Source: Naegleria gruberi
Taxonomy: Eukaryota
DNA: 64,000 nt
Assembly (NCBI GenBank): GCA_000004985.1
Contig: GG738874.1
Strand: one strand, 5' to 3'
In this document: positions 11,983 to 23,983 of the stretch, in pieces
Layout of the letters: each line of letters opens with the position of its first letter
Position numbering within the stretch: the first letter of the stretch is position 1
Made by a program: the position numbers and the translations under genes
Notes under the pieces: generated by a model
The model's database searches: none
What the model saw: the letters and a program-made list of their open reading frames with translations, nothing else
Told to the model about the DNA's origin: nothing

Positions 11983-14583
11983 TTATTTCGTTGTTTCAAT
12001 TAGGGAATGAATAACTTCTTCACAAACCAGTATCCACTCTAATTGTTCAGTTTCAGTTTGTGTCTTCATTACCAAATCTCCACGGCTGGTCTGTGTGATT
12101 GTAAAGCTCAGTTCCGTGTCTGATTTCTTAACATTTGATTTGGCTGTAAATTTAATTTCTTCTGGGTTGATAGATTTGATTGTCTTGTACACTTTCAAGT
12201 GAGGATCCATACTTCCCAACACTATCCAACGTTTTTTCCAAACATCCTTGCTTGCTTTCTGTAATTGAAAAGTTAAAATACTTGAACTAAAAAAACACTT
12301 ACCTCACTTCTGGTCATGACAAGTACATTTCCACACTTGATCATTTCGTTGGTGAGACTATCCTCTTCTTCCTCTTCATCCAGAGAGTCATTAAGATTTT
12401 GTTGATGTTTCTTGAACCCTCCCTTGATTGGAACGACAAGCTTTCCTCCTGTTTTTTGTCCTATTCCTTTAACAGTTTGATTTTGTGAGAGTTGATTCAA
12501 AATACTACCCTCCTCAAATTTAACCTCCTTGTTGTTTGTTAGGAAAACATCCAACTCATCCTTAATCATCTTACTTTGGTTTTCCAACATTTGTACATAA
12601 TCTTTCAACTCTTGAGTGGTGAAATTCATTTCCAACTCACTAACATCCTTCTCTGAAATATTAGAAAGAGACTCACTAGATGAAACAGTATCGGCTGCTT
12701 GAGATTGTTTTGGTTGCTCTGTGGATGTAGGATTTGTAATGAGTTGGTCCATATAGTCTCTAATTTCATTAGATGCAGTCTCCACTATTCCCTTAATTTC
12801 CGATCTATCTTTTTTAATTTTCATCAGCTCGTCAATTACTGTTGTCACTGCACTAGAGTACTGTCCATGGTCTTGCAAGAGTTCATCCTCAGTATTTTCA
12901 TTACTAGCTACCTGAGTGGAGAGCTTCAACTTGAGGTGTTCATTATTATTTTGTAGTTCCGTGCATTGTCTCTTATATTCAACCAGTTCTGAAATGAGAG
13001 AGGAAGTTTTTTCTCCCATTGTAATATTCAGCTGGTTTTCTCTTCCTTTCAAAATTTCCACTTCAAGTCTCAATCTCTGAATTTCATTTTCCTTGTCTTG
13101 TATCAGTTTATCCTTTTGTTGAACTTGCTTTAACAGTAAAGAGTTTGCATAGCTGAGCTTTTCATTATTATTTTTGGAAGCTTTAAATGCAGACAATTCC
13201 GATTCCAAAGACAAGTTTTGTGCTCTCAAGTCGTTAATTTCTTGCTTGGCAACTGCTAGTTGCTTTCTATATTCAGAGTCACTAGTTTCCAAATTGACTT
13301 TTGGTTTGTTTTTAATATTTTTAGCACTGTGACCAAATCTTAGGGATGAAATTGTTTCTTCCTCGTTAATTGTACTCGGTGAGCAATTGACCATGAGTGT
13401 GGTTCTTGCATTTCCTCCAAGGGCATCTTGTAAAAGTTTAGTTAGTTTACTTTCTCTGTAAGGTACGTGGGTGCTCTGCAAACGTTGTCACACCATTATA
13501 ATAAGAAAACTTACATTCTTCTCAGTTAAGGCGTTAATAACCTTAGCTAGAGTGGCAAGACTCTTATTGATTGTCTTGGCTTCCTCTAATCTCAACCCTG
13601 TGGCTTCAGTCTTGGAAACTTTTTCCTGAAAAAATATGAGAATGAGTTTTAAAAGAAATCAAAAACATACACTTCCCGCAAGATCTACAATATACAATTT
13701 GGAAACTATTTTCTGACCTTTTCTAGTGTCATGTTGTGTGACAGTTATTGAGAAGATGGTGTGACTTCTACTACTGTCTCTATTCATTTCTGATAATTGA
13801 TGATTAGATTTACAACAATAATTCAAAACTTACTAGTTGAGGAAATTTTCTTATTCTTATTACCAATTTTCATCAATCTCAATACTTCCTCCTCGCTAGA
13901 CACGTACAACTCTGAGAGATCTTCCACATAAAAGTTCTTTTCGTTAGTGTCTTCCTTTACATTTAAATTTTGTTTTGAAGCTATCATACAGAGATTATTT
14001 AATCACAATCTCACTAAACTTACGTTCGAATAAATCATACAATTTTTCCATGTAAACCTCAAAGAATGATACTTTGACTGTGAACTCTACATGGTCTGGT
14101 GACTGATCTATTGCCTCAAACAAACCACATACCATTCTTGGAGCGATACCTCTCTCATCCTAAATAATTAAATCAATGAATATCACATATGATGTATTAG
14201 AATCCACAATCCATCAATACTACAATACATACAAGTTTGTTCTTCTTCGGCAAATTCATCATGGTGTATGTTTTACCGGAACTAGTTTGACCATAAGCAA
14301 AAATCGTACAATTGTATCCCTTGATAATATCTTCAATGAGAGGTTTTCCGACCGATTCAAATACACTAGATTGACTTGCTGTAATTCCAAATACTTCATC
14401 AAAAGTAAAAGTAATACCCTTAGAGGGCAGAGTCACTGTCTCGTGATCATTAATTTCCATACAATGTCTTCCTCCTGCTTCCATCTCCAAAGTTGGTCTA
14501 AATCTACAAACAACTTGCACCCGACTCCTCGTAAAACTCTGACTCGAGGTAAGGGATGAAGAGCTAGAGCTGTGATGATACAT
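11983..14583 (-). CDS. kinesin motor protein with coiled-coil stalk and C-terminal PH domain; 7 exons (minus strand): 14233..14583, 14024..14159, 13834..13980, 13671..13789, 13515..13625, 12303..13475, 11983..12258
   Basis: The motor domain is split over exons 1-6. Motifs present: [10 protein letters not shown]; P-loop [11 protein letters not shown]; DERGIAPR; switch [12 protein letters not shown]; switch [18 protein letters not shown]; the neck [18 protein letters not shown]. All donors are GTAAGT or GTATGT, acceptors are CAG or TAG, and the phases are consistent: 0,1,1,0,0,0. Exon 6 carries about 300 aa of heptad-rich stalk. Exon 7 ([25 protein letters not shown]...[13 protein letters not shown]) has the PH-domain pattern, including the C-terminal helix Trp. 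Total 770 aa. Confidence 0.9.
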
Positions 14584-14756
14584 TTTTTCGAGTTTGATTT
14601 TTTTGATTTGTTAAGATGAGGCGCGTTTTGTTGTTTTTGCAGTTATATTGTTGGGTAATAAAAGTGATTCTCCATGATCATCACAATATGTAATTCAATG
14701 TGATATATCTCTGAAAGCATCTACGTAGATGTAGATTGGGTATTATCGGAATGTTG

Positions 14757-16757
14757 CTAGATAAAACTTGTCTTTTCTCTTTCCATGTTTTTAAGGTGAG
14801 AGGACCATTGTTTGGAGAGTCGTTCTTGCTGTTGATATTCTGAGGCAAGTCGATTGGCACGTTCCTCTTCACTCTCGAGGGAGGGCATTACTACAACAAA
14901 ATCAATGGATAGTATGAAACAGGCAGCTTCGGTGGCAGTTTGGAAAATGTTTCTCTTCACTCCACACGGTTCTAGAATGGTGGAGAAGGTTATCTTGTCA
15001 ATGTATTTCTTTCCATTGTTGCCACTGGTGTGATGTGGTGGCAGGAGACTCATGATGGAATTTCTTGAAAGATTGAGTCCACAATAGGTATTTCCACTTT
15101 CATGTTGTAAGGATAGTGTCTCAATAACTTTGGATGCATTGAGTCCAGCATTGTCACACAGAATGAAAACAATTTCCTCTAAAGATTTTCCAAATGATTT
15201 CATGCACTCGAGAATGGATAGGGCGTGGCTATTGGTGGTTTTGGTTGACTTGTCAAGACAATACTTGTGAAGGAGAGTTTTTAAATGCATTTCAGTGGCA
15301 CCTCCACCGAGATGGCAAATAGGTTCTCTGATAACATTTTCTAAAATACACAATGCATCGTGCATACTTCTCTTCGATTCTTCCAGAATATTTTCCTCTC
15401 CTCTGAGTACGATGGTCATTGTTTCATCATGGCCTGACTTTTTAAATCCAGACAAGATACAGTAAAAATCCTCTCCAACAGTTTTCTCCTCAAACATGGA
15501 ACATGTTCCATACAATTGTTCATTCTCATACATGGTAGAAAGATCTTCAATGGAGGAGAATATCTGACCACCCAATGACTTGACAATTGATTCAATGGTT
15601 TTAGAATCCATCTTTCCAAGTGAGGTGATTCCATTTTGTGTAAACCACTGAGTGGCAATATCTCCAGTAGTTTGTAAATTAAGAATAAGATCACACTTTG
15701 TGTTGGTAATGACGTCCAGTTGTCTCTTTAGCAAATTCCACTCTGTTTCAATAAAATTCTGATATTGGATTGGATTATTAATAACAATTCTAGCAAATTC
15801 TTTCTGGTGCTTGAGTTCCAATTCATGATTGAGGATGAGGATTTTTGGATTTTCAATTTTCTTTTGTTGTTGTTCATATCCTGCATAGTAAAAAGGTCTC
15901 CTGAAACAAATTCCCTCAATTACGAAAGAATCTTGTATTGAAGAACCAGGAATTGGGCAAAATTGAATATTCTCAATAGAGAATGCATCTCCTATTTGAG
16001 AGTTTCTTTCTTGTTGAACTGTTCTCAATTTATAGTATGAATCCACCAGTAGTGAGGCAAAAAAGGATGAATGATTTTTCAAAATCTTACTATTGAAAGG
16101 TACTCTCACAAGTTCAATCAAAATATTTCTAGTACTTTCATTCCAATCCTCCAGATTAAGATGCAGCTCAATTTCCTTCAATTCCTTCTCTACAAGTTGA
16201 TGTGCCAGCTGAAAATCAATATTAATTTCTCTCAAATTCCAAGAAAACAAACCTTATAGCTCTGTATAATAGTATGAACATTGTATCCAAGATTCAGTAA
16301 ATGTTTAGCTTGCCTCAACAAGGCACAAGCCAACAATACCACACTTGTTGTTCCTTTCACATGTCAATAAAAAATCAAGCAATGACAACCTACCATCACC
16401 CACTTGTTCATCCTGTGTCTGGCTAATATTCACCAATAATTCAATTACAGGTTCCGTACTAAATGCCCATTTGATACTCTCAACTTTTGATTGTTGTTTA
16501 TCATTTGGTCCTTTTTTAATTTTCCTTTTCAAATATTGAAGAATGGTGGCTCCATCGTTGGTGATTGTGATTTTACCACTCTCCCTCTCACAAAACAATT
16601 TATCTCTTCCGAATGGTCCATAGGTAGTTTTCAGAATGGATCCGATTTTAAGAGCAGCCTCTATATTATCTAAAACAACTTCTAATCCATTCCTTCCTCC
16701 TGCAATGGAAGATGAAGAAGCAGAAGAAGAATTTTCGGAAGTTATTGTTCTTTGCAT
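14757..16757 (-). CDS. group II chaperonin, T-complex protein 1 (CCT/TRiC) subunit, divergent; 3 exons (minus): 16394..16757, 16253..16353, 14757..16208
   Basis: ATG in an AAAAATG context. Exon 1 contains the ITNDGATIL and LGPFGRDKL motifs and ends in phase 1 inside ...EQVGD|G. The spliced join restores the canonical VGDGTTSVVLLA motif (intron 16354..16393, GTAGGT...AAAG). Intron 2 (16209..16252, GTTTGT...TTTTCAG) joins ...IQSYK|LAHQLV. Exon 3 holds the GGGATEMHL motif. At 638 aa the protein is unusually long, with Ser-rich N-terminal and charged C-terminal extensions. Which CCT subunit it is cannot be told from sequence alone. Confidence 0.85.
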
Positions 16758-16932
16758 TTTTATTAATAATTAGAAATGAAGCACACAATATTCATAGCAA
16801 CACAAGAGTTTGTGCTTTGTTAATTTCTTCCACATTTTCATTCAACAATATAGACAACATTAGACAGTTGTAACAAAACTTGAATAATTGATGATCAAAG
16901 CCTTAATGGAAAGAAGACAAACGTTTAAAAAA
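16758..16932. promoter_or_regulatory. compact divergent intergenic region shared by the CCT gene (minus) and the Sec8 gene (plus)
   Basis: Only about 175 bp separate the two divergently oriented start codons. The call is inferred from gene arrangement alone; no motif was identified. Confidence 0.35.
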
Positions 16933-19900
16933 ATGCCTTACAGAGAAGATAGTGATGACGATGATGAAGATATTGAGGAATATGAAGATGAGGATGATAG
17001 AGAGGAAGAAGAATATCATCGTCGTAAGGAAAGAGAAGAAGAGGAGGAAGAAGAACAAGATCCAATAGTTGAGGAGGACGAAGAAGAAGAGGAAGAGGAA
17101 GAGCCCGAGGAGGAAGAAGAAGAGCACCAAGAAGAGGAGGAACATGAAGAAGAAGAGCATGATGAGGAAGAGGAACATGAAGAGCATGATGAGGATGAAC
17201 ATTACGATGATGAGGAAGAGGAAGAACATAGAAGAAGAGGAGGATGAAACCCTAGAAGAATTGATCAGGTTGGAAGAAGCAGTGCAAGAGGTACTACAAG
17301 GTATTCCCGAATGTTACACTAAGGGTACACATGTTTCTATTGTTGGACAATCATTGAAAAATGTTTCCTACATTGAAGATTTGGAAAATTTGAATGAACA
17401 TCATGAAAAGCTTTCTGAAGCACTCTCGGAAATGGTCTCTTTTAATTATGAGGAATTTAACAAATCTATTAGGAACTTTTCAGATATTCTTCAAGAGTTG
17501 AACGGATCACAGCAGAAGATACAAAAGTTGCGAGATAATGTGAAAAAGACAAAAGTTTGCCTCAAATCACACGCAACAGATCTTTCAACACTGTATACAA
17601 ATTATCTTCAACATTCAGAATATTTGAGAATTTTGAATATTGTAAATGAGGTCAAGCAAGTTCCCGATAGAATCTCTGTACTTATTGAAAAGAAACACTA
17701 CTCATCTGCTATTAGACTTTCCAAAAAGTGTCACCAATATTTGAAGAATAGCCCCGAATTGAAACACATTAAGGGATTGGAGGATATAAGAAATCAATTG
17801 AAAAATTTTGAAAAACAGTTACCTGACAAGATGATTGATGCTCTCACCACACATTTGTATAGCCTTGATGTGGAAAAATGTACAATACCAAAAGAGCAAT
17901 TGCCAAAATCACCAATGCACGCGAGACCAATCTCGATCACAGAGGAAAGTATCAAGAAGAAAATTCAAAACGAGCGTATGAACACCAAAAAGCAAGGTTT
18001 TCAATCTGTCCATGAAAGAGCCTTTGCTATGGTACAACAAAAGAATACAGACTCTTTTGATTTGGCAGATAATACTGATTTAACATTCGATCCAGAGCAA
18101 GACAGTAATTACTTTTTATCCATGATTATTGATGGACTTGATACGCTTGGTAAATTATCACTGCTTCAATCTAGAATGGTTCACAGTTTAAAATATGATG
18201 TGAGGTCACTTATTGAAAAGCAAATTCTTGAATTTGTTAACAATTTAGAAGAGCAAGGTGCTGATTTTACATGGAATATTTCTCAATCCATGCTAAAAGA
18301 GAGTAAGTCAGCAACCTCTATCCAACAGGGTGCAATTTTGAAAAAGCTCTTTAACAGAATTTTCTCAAACATTGCCCAATTATTGGAAAAGTATAAATTC
18401 ATGATTGGGATTATGGAACTGAGAGCTGCCAGTTTAGATTTCAGCTCATTGACTAACACATCAGAGGATACGATGGTTGCTACACCGGTTGACATTAAAT
18501 TGACCAAACCAGTTATTGAAAAAATTAAGAAGGCTATTAATGAGAAAATCGACCATCTAAAGATCAATTTGAAGACAAAAGAGCCTAGTAATTACATGTC
18601 ACTGTTATCAGATCATTCATCAAAAACCAAGGAAGCTAATAATCTTTACTTGTCATTACTGACAGACCTTTCAAACAACTTTTTCAAGAAAAATATGGAA
18701 GAAGATTTGAGGGTTAGAGATGTCATTTCTTTCTTTGAAGGCCAATTAAGCTTGAAAATCACAAAGCAAACAGCCATGACAGATTCTATCAAGGAAAAGT
18801 TCTCCTCTCTCATCACAACCAGTGTTTCCGATTCAACTACCCCTCATACTTTTACAGCCACATATGTATGGAAGACAGCCCAAGAGGAAATCAAGAATGT
18901 TCTTAAGGATATTCTTGGATTAACAAATCTATCTAGTCTAGTTGAAACATTAGGAAGCAAGTCTTCTACTGAAGCGCTAAAGAATATTATCGATACGGGA
19001 GCTCCTTCCTCACACGACGACTACAAGATTACATTTAAATATTCATTCAATGTTGACTACTACGAGCAATCAAATGAAAAGAGTTCAGATTCAGATGTCT
19101 CTCCTATTATTTCACATTTCTCGAAATACTTTTTGCTCTCTCCATACAACATGCTTTGGGTTTACAAGGAAGTGTCAACTTTTATTGATCAGTGTAAGAC
19201 TATTGTTGTGGATGAAATTGGAAAAAATGATTCAAACGAATATCAAAGCCTTAAGGTGTTTTGTGATGATATTGTTAGGCACTATTTACTTTCTGTTGTG
19301 AAAACAGATTACAGAACAAAAATGAATGAACTATTAAGAAAGGACTCTACTGCCTTCAATTGTGTAAATAGCAAAGATTTTGCAAGTTTGCTGCCTAACT
19401 CAAATAGAGAAATTTATAATCAAAAAGAAATCTTTCTGGGATCTATTAGTTGTATGAGATGGATTAGCGAAATTATAGTTATAGCTAAAACTATTCCAAT
19501 AATCAAATATGAATTTTATAGTACCATAGAATTAGTTTTGAAGAGATACCTTGATGAATGTTATACCTTCTTTGATTTGGCCCTTTCTTCTAGCTATTGT
19601 CAACAAATTTTGAAACAGAGTAGAGATTATAGTTCTGTACTTGTAAATGAACCCCTTTTCCAAAAAGCACAAAAGTGGAAACCTCTCAATTTGAAACGTA
19701 AGGCTGTGGATCCAGAGGAAATTAGAAAGATTTTCGAACAATTAGTGGACAAACCAATCAGTAATATTACCTATGATTCTTCAAGAAAAACCCATGTCAT
19801 TGATAGAACATCTGGGTTCATGTCTCTTTCTGCTTTAAATGGTACTTTGGAATGGGTTTTGGAGAATATTTACTTGTGGCACTTTGATATCATCTCACTA

Positions 19901-20764
19901 ACAGCCAAACAAAACACCTCAATGACTGACTTCCATCACGCCTCAAAAGACAAGCTTTTCAAGCACACCAATAGATCAACATCTCTTTTGCTAAACTCAA
20001 GCTTTCAAGTTGTTAGACAATTGGAAGATTATTATGAAAAATTTGTAGAGTTATATAATGACTGTTTGTTGGCTATTAAGATTGATTTGAGAATTCGTTG
20101 CCTTTTCTCCGTAAAGAAAAATTTGGTACAAAATTTAATAGATTCCGACCATCCATATAGTAGTGAAGAGTTGACTGAACAGCCAGAATCATTTGTGGAG
20201 GAATTTAATAAGGATCTATTAATGATTTATCGCTCATTGAGCACATGTACATCAGAAGAAAAACTCAATTATGTTTTTTCAGGCATTGGAAAATTCATTT
20301 CTGGTCTACTAATCAATTCTCTGGTTACAGCAAGTAAATCAAGCTCTCCTAAATTCTCAATTGAAGGTATACAAAGAATGAAACGTAATATCACAGCTCT
20401 CCAACAACAAATCAGCTATGTAACATCAAAACAGGAATTATCCTTCAATTCTGTCATTCAATATTATGAACTTTTACTTTTGGACGAGATTGGTCTGATT
20501 GAGCATGCCAGAAATATTCACACCTTCACTCGAGAACAATATCTTTCCATCTTTAAATGTACAACACCAAAACAAAGTATTGACAAGAAAAAGTTCGAAA
20601 GGGACTTGGATGGAGCAATTCATAAAAGTAAGCTCATCAAGAAATCCGCATCCTCAGCTACACTTAGCCAATCCTCAATACCTACCACACCAACTCTCAA
20701 ACATTCCACAACTGCTACTTCTACACTCTCCACTTCCTCATCAAAACAACAACTCAATAATTAA
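16933..20764 (+). CDS. EXOC4: exocyst complex component Sec8 (EXOC4) homolog, preceded by an acidic poly-Glu N-terminal region; apparent reading-frame discontinuity near 17200-17250
   Basis: The long ORF 17069..20764 contains ...FNYEEFNKSIRNFSDILQEL...LRILNIVNEVKQVPDRISVLIEKKHYSSAIRLSKKCHQYL, colinear with the Sec8 N-terminal region ([34 protein letters not shown]). The best start is ATG 16933 (TTTAAAAAAATGCC), in the frame of the acidic ORF 16888..17247. That frame stops at 17245, 1 nt out of frame with the Sec8 body. The alternative K/R-rich reading of the same repeat in the Sec8 frame uses many rare AGG codons. See finding. Confidence 0.75.
16960..17250 (+). repeat. (GAR)n polypurine trinucleotide repeat, about 290 bp, within the Sec8 5' coding region
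   Basis: Runs of gaagag/gaggaa triplets with almost no pyrimidines. It reads as poly-Glu/Asp in one frame, poly-Lys/Arg in the second and poly-Arg/Gly in the third. Confidence 0.8.
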
Positions 20765-20926
20765 TTCCTATTTATAAAATTTGTTTTGCTCACAATGATT
20801 GCAACGTACTATAAGATTGGAAGCTCAACAACAATTGGCAAGACAACCACTAATCAACTCTTTTTCTTCTTCACCATAATTTTTTCTAAATCCTTATTGT
20901 TTCTCAATAAAGGAATATTGTTATTA

Positions 20927-22259
20927 TTATATCTTGATCGATTCTTCTGAAACAATTGAAACCTCTGGAGCTTGATGAATGGATTGATTCTTATTGGACT
21001 TTTTAGAAGAATGTTTGGAATTAAGCTGAGATGAATGCTTGGAAGACTGTTTGTTACTGAATTCATTTGCAACATTCTTATTGAGATCTGACAGTACCTT
21101 AGTTGTATCTGTAAAAATAGGATGATACAATGCAATGGCAACACATGCAAAAAGAATAATCCCCACATTATTAAAAATCGAATAGAATAATGTCAAATAA
21201 ACCCAATCAAATAGAGCAATAGCAAAAGCCATTGAAACTATTTGGAGCAATGCACAGAGAACGAGAAATATTTCAAGAATAATCACCTTAATAATTGGTT
21301 TTCTTGATTTCTTTCTATTTTCATTGGAAGCTGTTTTTGTAATAATTTTCAAAAGTGAAGCTGCTGACAACTATTAAATACAATAAATCTTATTCACTTG
21401 AAAAAGAACTTACATTGGAAACTATTGTTTGAATCAAAATTTGAGAGACAAATACTATATATCCAGCAATGAAAAAATAATTCTGATACTCCTCAACAAT
21501 ATCCAAACGATTCAAGATTAGAATAATGCAAGTCAATGCAATAATCATACTCAAAGTAATGGAGAATAGAATTGTTATAGTATTTACAATTATGGTAGCT
21601 CTCTGAACACCTTTCGAATAAATCAATCCACTCGTTATTCGAACAGTATTTAAAAATACATTATCCACAAAACACATTATCAACATCATGACTACACAAT
21701 TCATCAATGCACAAAACAATTCCAAAGCTCCAAAAACATGCATTGCAACATATCTTCCTTGTGAAATTCCAGCTTGTTCAATATTCGAAAGGAAACTATT
21801 ATTATACATATAGGTAACATCAAATCCCCTCTCCACAATCACACTTTCATTGAAATTCGAATAGACATACGAATGAATTTGAGTAACCATTGACAAATTC
21901 AATGAATCATACAAAGTCCTACACACCAAAGACGAAACCTGAACTAGACACAATAAAATAACACTCCCAATCATGACATGTTGATTTCTCTTCATACTCT
22001 CCCTAACACTCCTCATCATTAAAAAGAAAACTATAAACAATATCAAACCAATCAACAAAAGCATAAAGAATGAATTCAATGGAATGCTAATACTACTTGT
22101 GATGATTGGTTCCAAATCAATGACTTGTGCTTTTGTTGAATTGGTAGTGTCAAAGGTCTGTTGTTGAATAGTCATGATGTCAATGGAGGAGAAGGTTGTT
22201 TCGTATGGTGAGCTAGGCATCATCGAGTTTCGAACATTATTTCGAATAAATTTCATCAT
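20927..22259 (-). CDS. seven-transmembrane-helix membrane protein, unknown family (possible receptor-like); 2 exons (minus): 21414..22259, 20927..21370
   Basis: Exon 1 ends ...VSN in phase 0 before GTAAGT (plus 21408-21413); the acceptor is TTTAATAG (intron 21371..21413). The spliced roughly 430-aa product has an N-glycosylation-rich N-terminus and seven hydrophobic segments: FFMLLLIGLILFIVFFLMM, VMIGSVILLCLVQVSSLV, VAMHVFGALELFCALMNCVVMMLIM, ATIIVNTITILFSITLSMIIALTCIILIL, YFFIAGYIVFVSQILIQTIV, IIKVIILEIFLVLCALLQIVSMAFAIALF, VYLTLFYSIFNNVGIILFACVAIALY. The tail is Ser/Lys-rich. Confidence 0.55.
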
Positions 22260-22734
22260 GGTTTCTCTCTTGTTTTATAGGGAAATACGAAAGTAATACT
22301 TGGGTATTGCTGATGTAGTAACAGAGGGTGAGAGTGTTTGGAATTTTCTTTTTAACTTTTGAAAACCGTTATCACCTTCGCACTGAAGGAATATTTATTC
22401 AGAGTTGAGTAGTGACAGATTGCTACTGATAAGAGAGGGTGATGTGGATTTGGAAAAAGTTTACTTTTATGAAACATTTGGAAGAAATATTCCATAAATG
22501 AGATGTCGTTATTTCTCATATGGAATTTACAATAAAAAAATTTACAAATTACATTTTAAATTTTGATTAAATGAAAATTTTGATTATGAATACAAATTTA
22601 ATTTCAAAAAAGAAATATTTATAAATTCAATATTAAATATTTTTGTAATCTTCTTCAATTATCATTCATTTTGGAACGCACTTGGAGGGAATGGACTTTC
22701 TATCGCACCATTAAAAAAAACAAAATCAAAAAAA

Positions 22735-23871
22735 ATGGCGCCACCCAAACTCTCCACCGAAGAGGAAGAACGAAGAAGACACCTCGAACAAGAAGTAACC
22801 TCATCTTTGCCTTTTCATAAGGAACTGGGAGAGGTGATTATTAATGCGAAGGGAATTTATAAACATTATAATATTGCTGGGAGAACGGAATCGGTTCGGG
22901 CTTTGGAAGAAATTAATGTGAATGATGAATCAGAGTTTTATGGGATTAGGAGAGGTGAATTTGTGATGATCAGAGGACCATCAGGAGGAGGTTTGTATTG
23001 TGATGATGATGATTTTATTGATTGTTTTTTGTCATCTAATATATTTAAATAATCTATTTATTACTATAATGGATAATGGTCATCTATTTAATAACTATTT
23101 AATTTATTATTATTATTATTATGGATAATGATGATCATAGGTAAAACAACCTTGTTGAATATAATTGGAACAATTGATAAACCTAGTGGAGGTACTTTGG
23201 AAATATTGGGAGAACCAATTACATCAAAATCGAGTGATAATTATTTAGCTGATTTGAGATTGAGAAGAATTGGATTTGTTTTTCAAACATTCAACTTGAT
23301 TGCCACAATGAGCGCCTTTGAAAATGTTGAACTGCCCATGACACTGTTAGGTAAATTGAACAAGAAGGAGAGAAGAAAGAGAGCTAAAGAATTATTGAGA
23401 TTGGTTGGTTTGGAAGACAGAATGGCTCACTTGCCATCTGAGTTGAGTGGTGGTGAACAACAACGTGTCACTATTGCTCGTGCTCTTGCCAATGAACCTG
23501 AAATTTTGTTATTGGACGAACCAACGTATGTACATTTTGATGATTTAACAATTTTAACATTTATGACGATTGATGATCGGACAAAATGTGGATTAACTTT
23601 TCATCATGATAACAATAATTTGATACGGTATGGAATAATAATTAGAGGTGACTTGGATACAAAGAATACAGTAGAAATTATGGATTTGTTATTGAGAATT
23701 AATTTAAATAAGAAGACAACCTGTGTCATGGTTACTCACAATCCCGATGTAGAAACCTATGCTGATCGTGTTTTATTTGTGAGTGATGGAAGATTTGTTG
23801 AGCAAGCTCTCAATGAAATCCAAGTTCCTTTAATTTTCGAAAACTATTCAAACTTTTTGAAATCAAAATAA
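22735..23871 (+). CDS. ABC transporter ATP-binding protein, MacB/LolD/FtsE-like (ABCH-type, ATPase domain only); 3 exons 22735..22990, 23141..23525, 23646..23871
   Basis: ATG in an AAAAAAAATG context. Splicing restores Walker A as GPSGG|GKTTLLNIIG (intron 1, 22991..23140, GTTTGT...CATAG; it contains a (TTA)n microsatellite). Also present are a Q-loop, the signature LSGGEQQRVTIARAL, and Walker B ILLLDEPT. Intron 2 (23526..23645, GTATGT...ATTAG) joins ...LDEPT|GDLDTKNT (D-loop). The H-motif is VTHNPD. There are 288 aa with no transmembrane domain. Confidence 0.85.
23104..23121. repeat. (TTA)6 microsatellite inside ABC intron 1
   Basis: The sequence ttattattattattatta is visible directly. Confidence 0.8.
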
Positions 23872-23983
23872 TTTATTTGTAAATATTGTCAGATTGTACA
23901 TGTAATAGTTGCCAAATCAATTTTTGGCGCCCAAAATCTACAAAAATAAAAAACCTCAACTGATTTTCTCAATAAGAAAAAAA

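Noticed and set aside
17069-17247. The K/R-rich reading (MRRTKKKRKRK...) of the GAR repeat as the true Sec8 N-terminus
   Set aside because: It would need about 14 AGG codons in 60, which are rare elsewhere in this window. The Glu-rich frame uses common codons and begins at the best AAAAAAATG context. This is kept only as an alternative in the frame-discontinuity finding.
22470-22530. An imperfect palindrome (ttccataaatgagatgtcgttatttctcatatggaa) in the 7-TM/ABC divergent promoter
   Set aside because: The arms are not exactly complementary and it occurs only once, which is too weak to call a regulatory hairpin.
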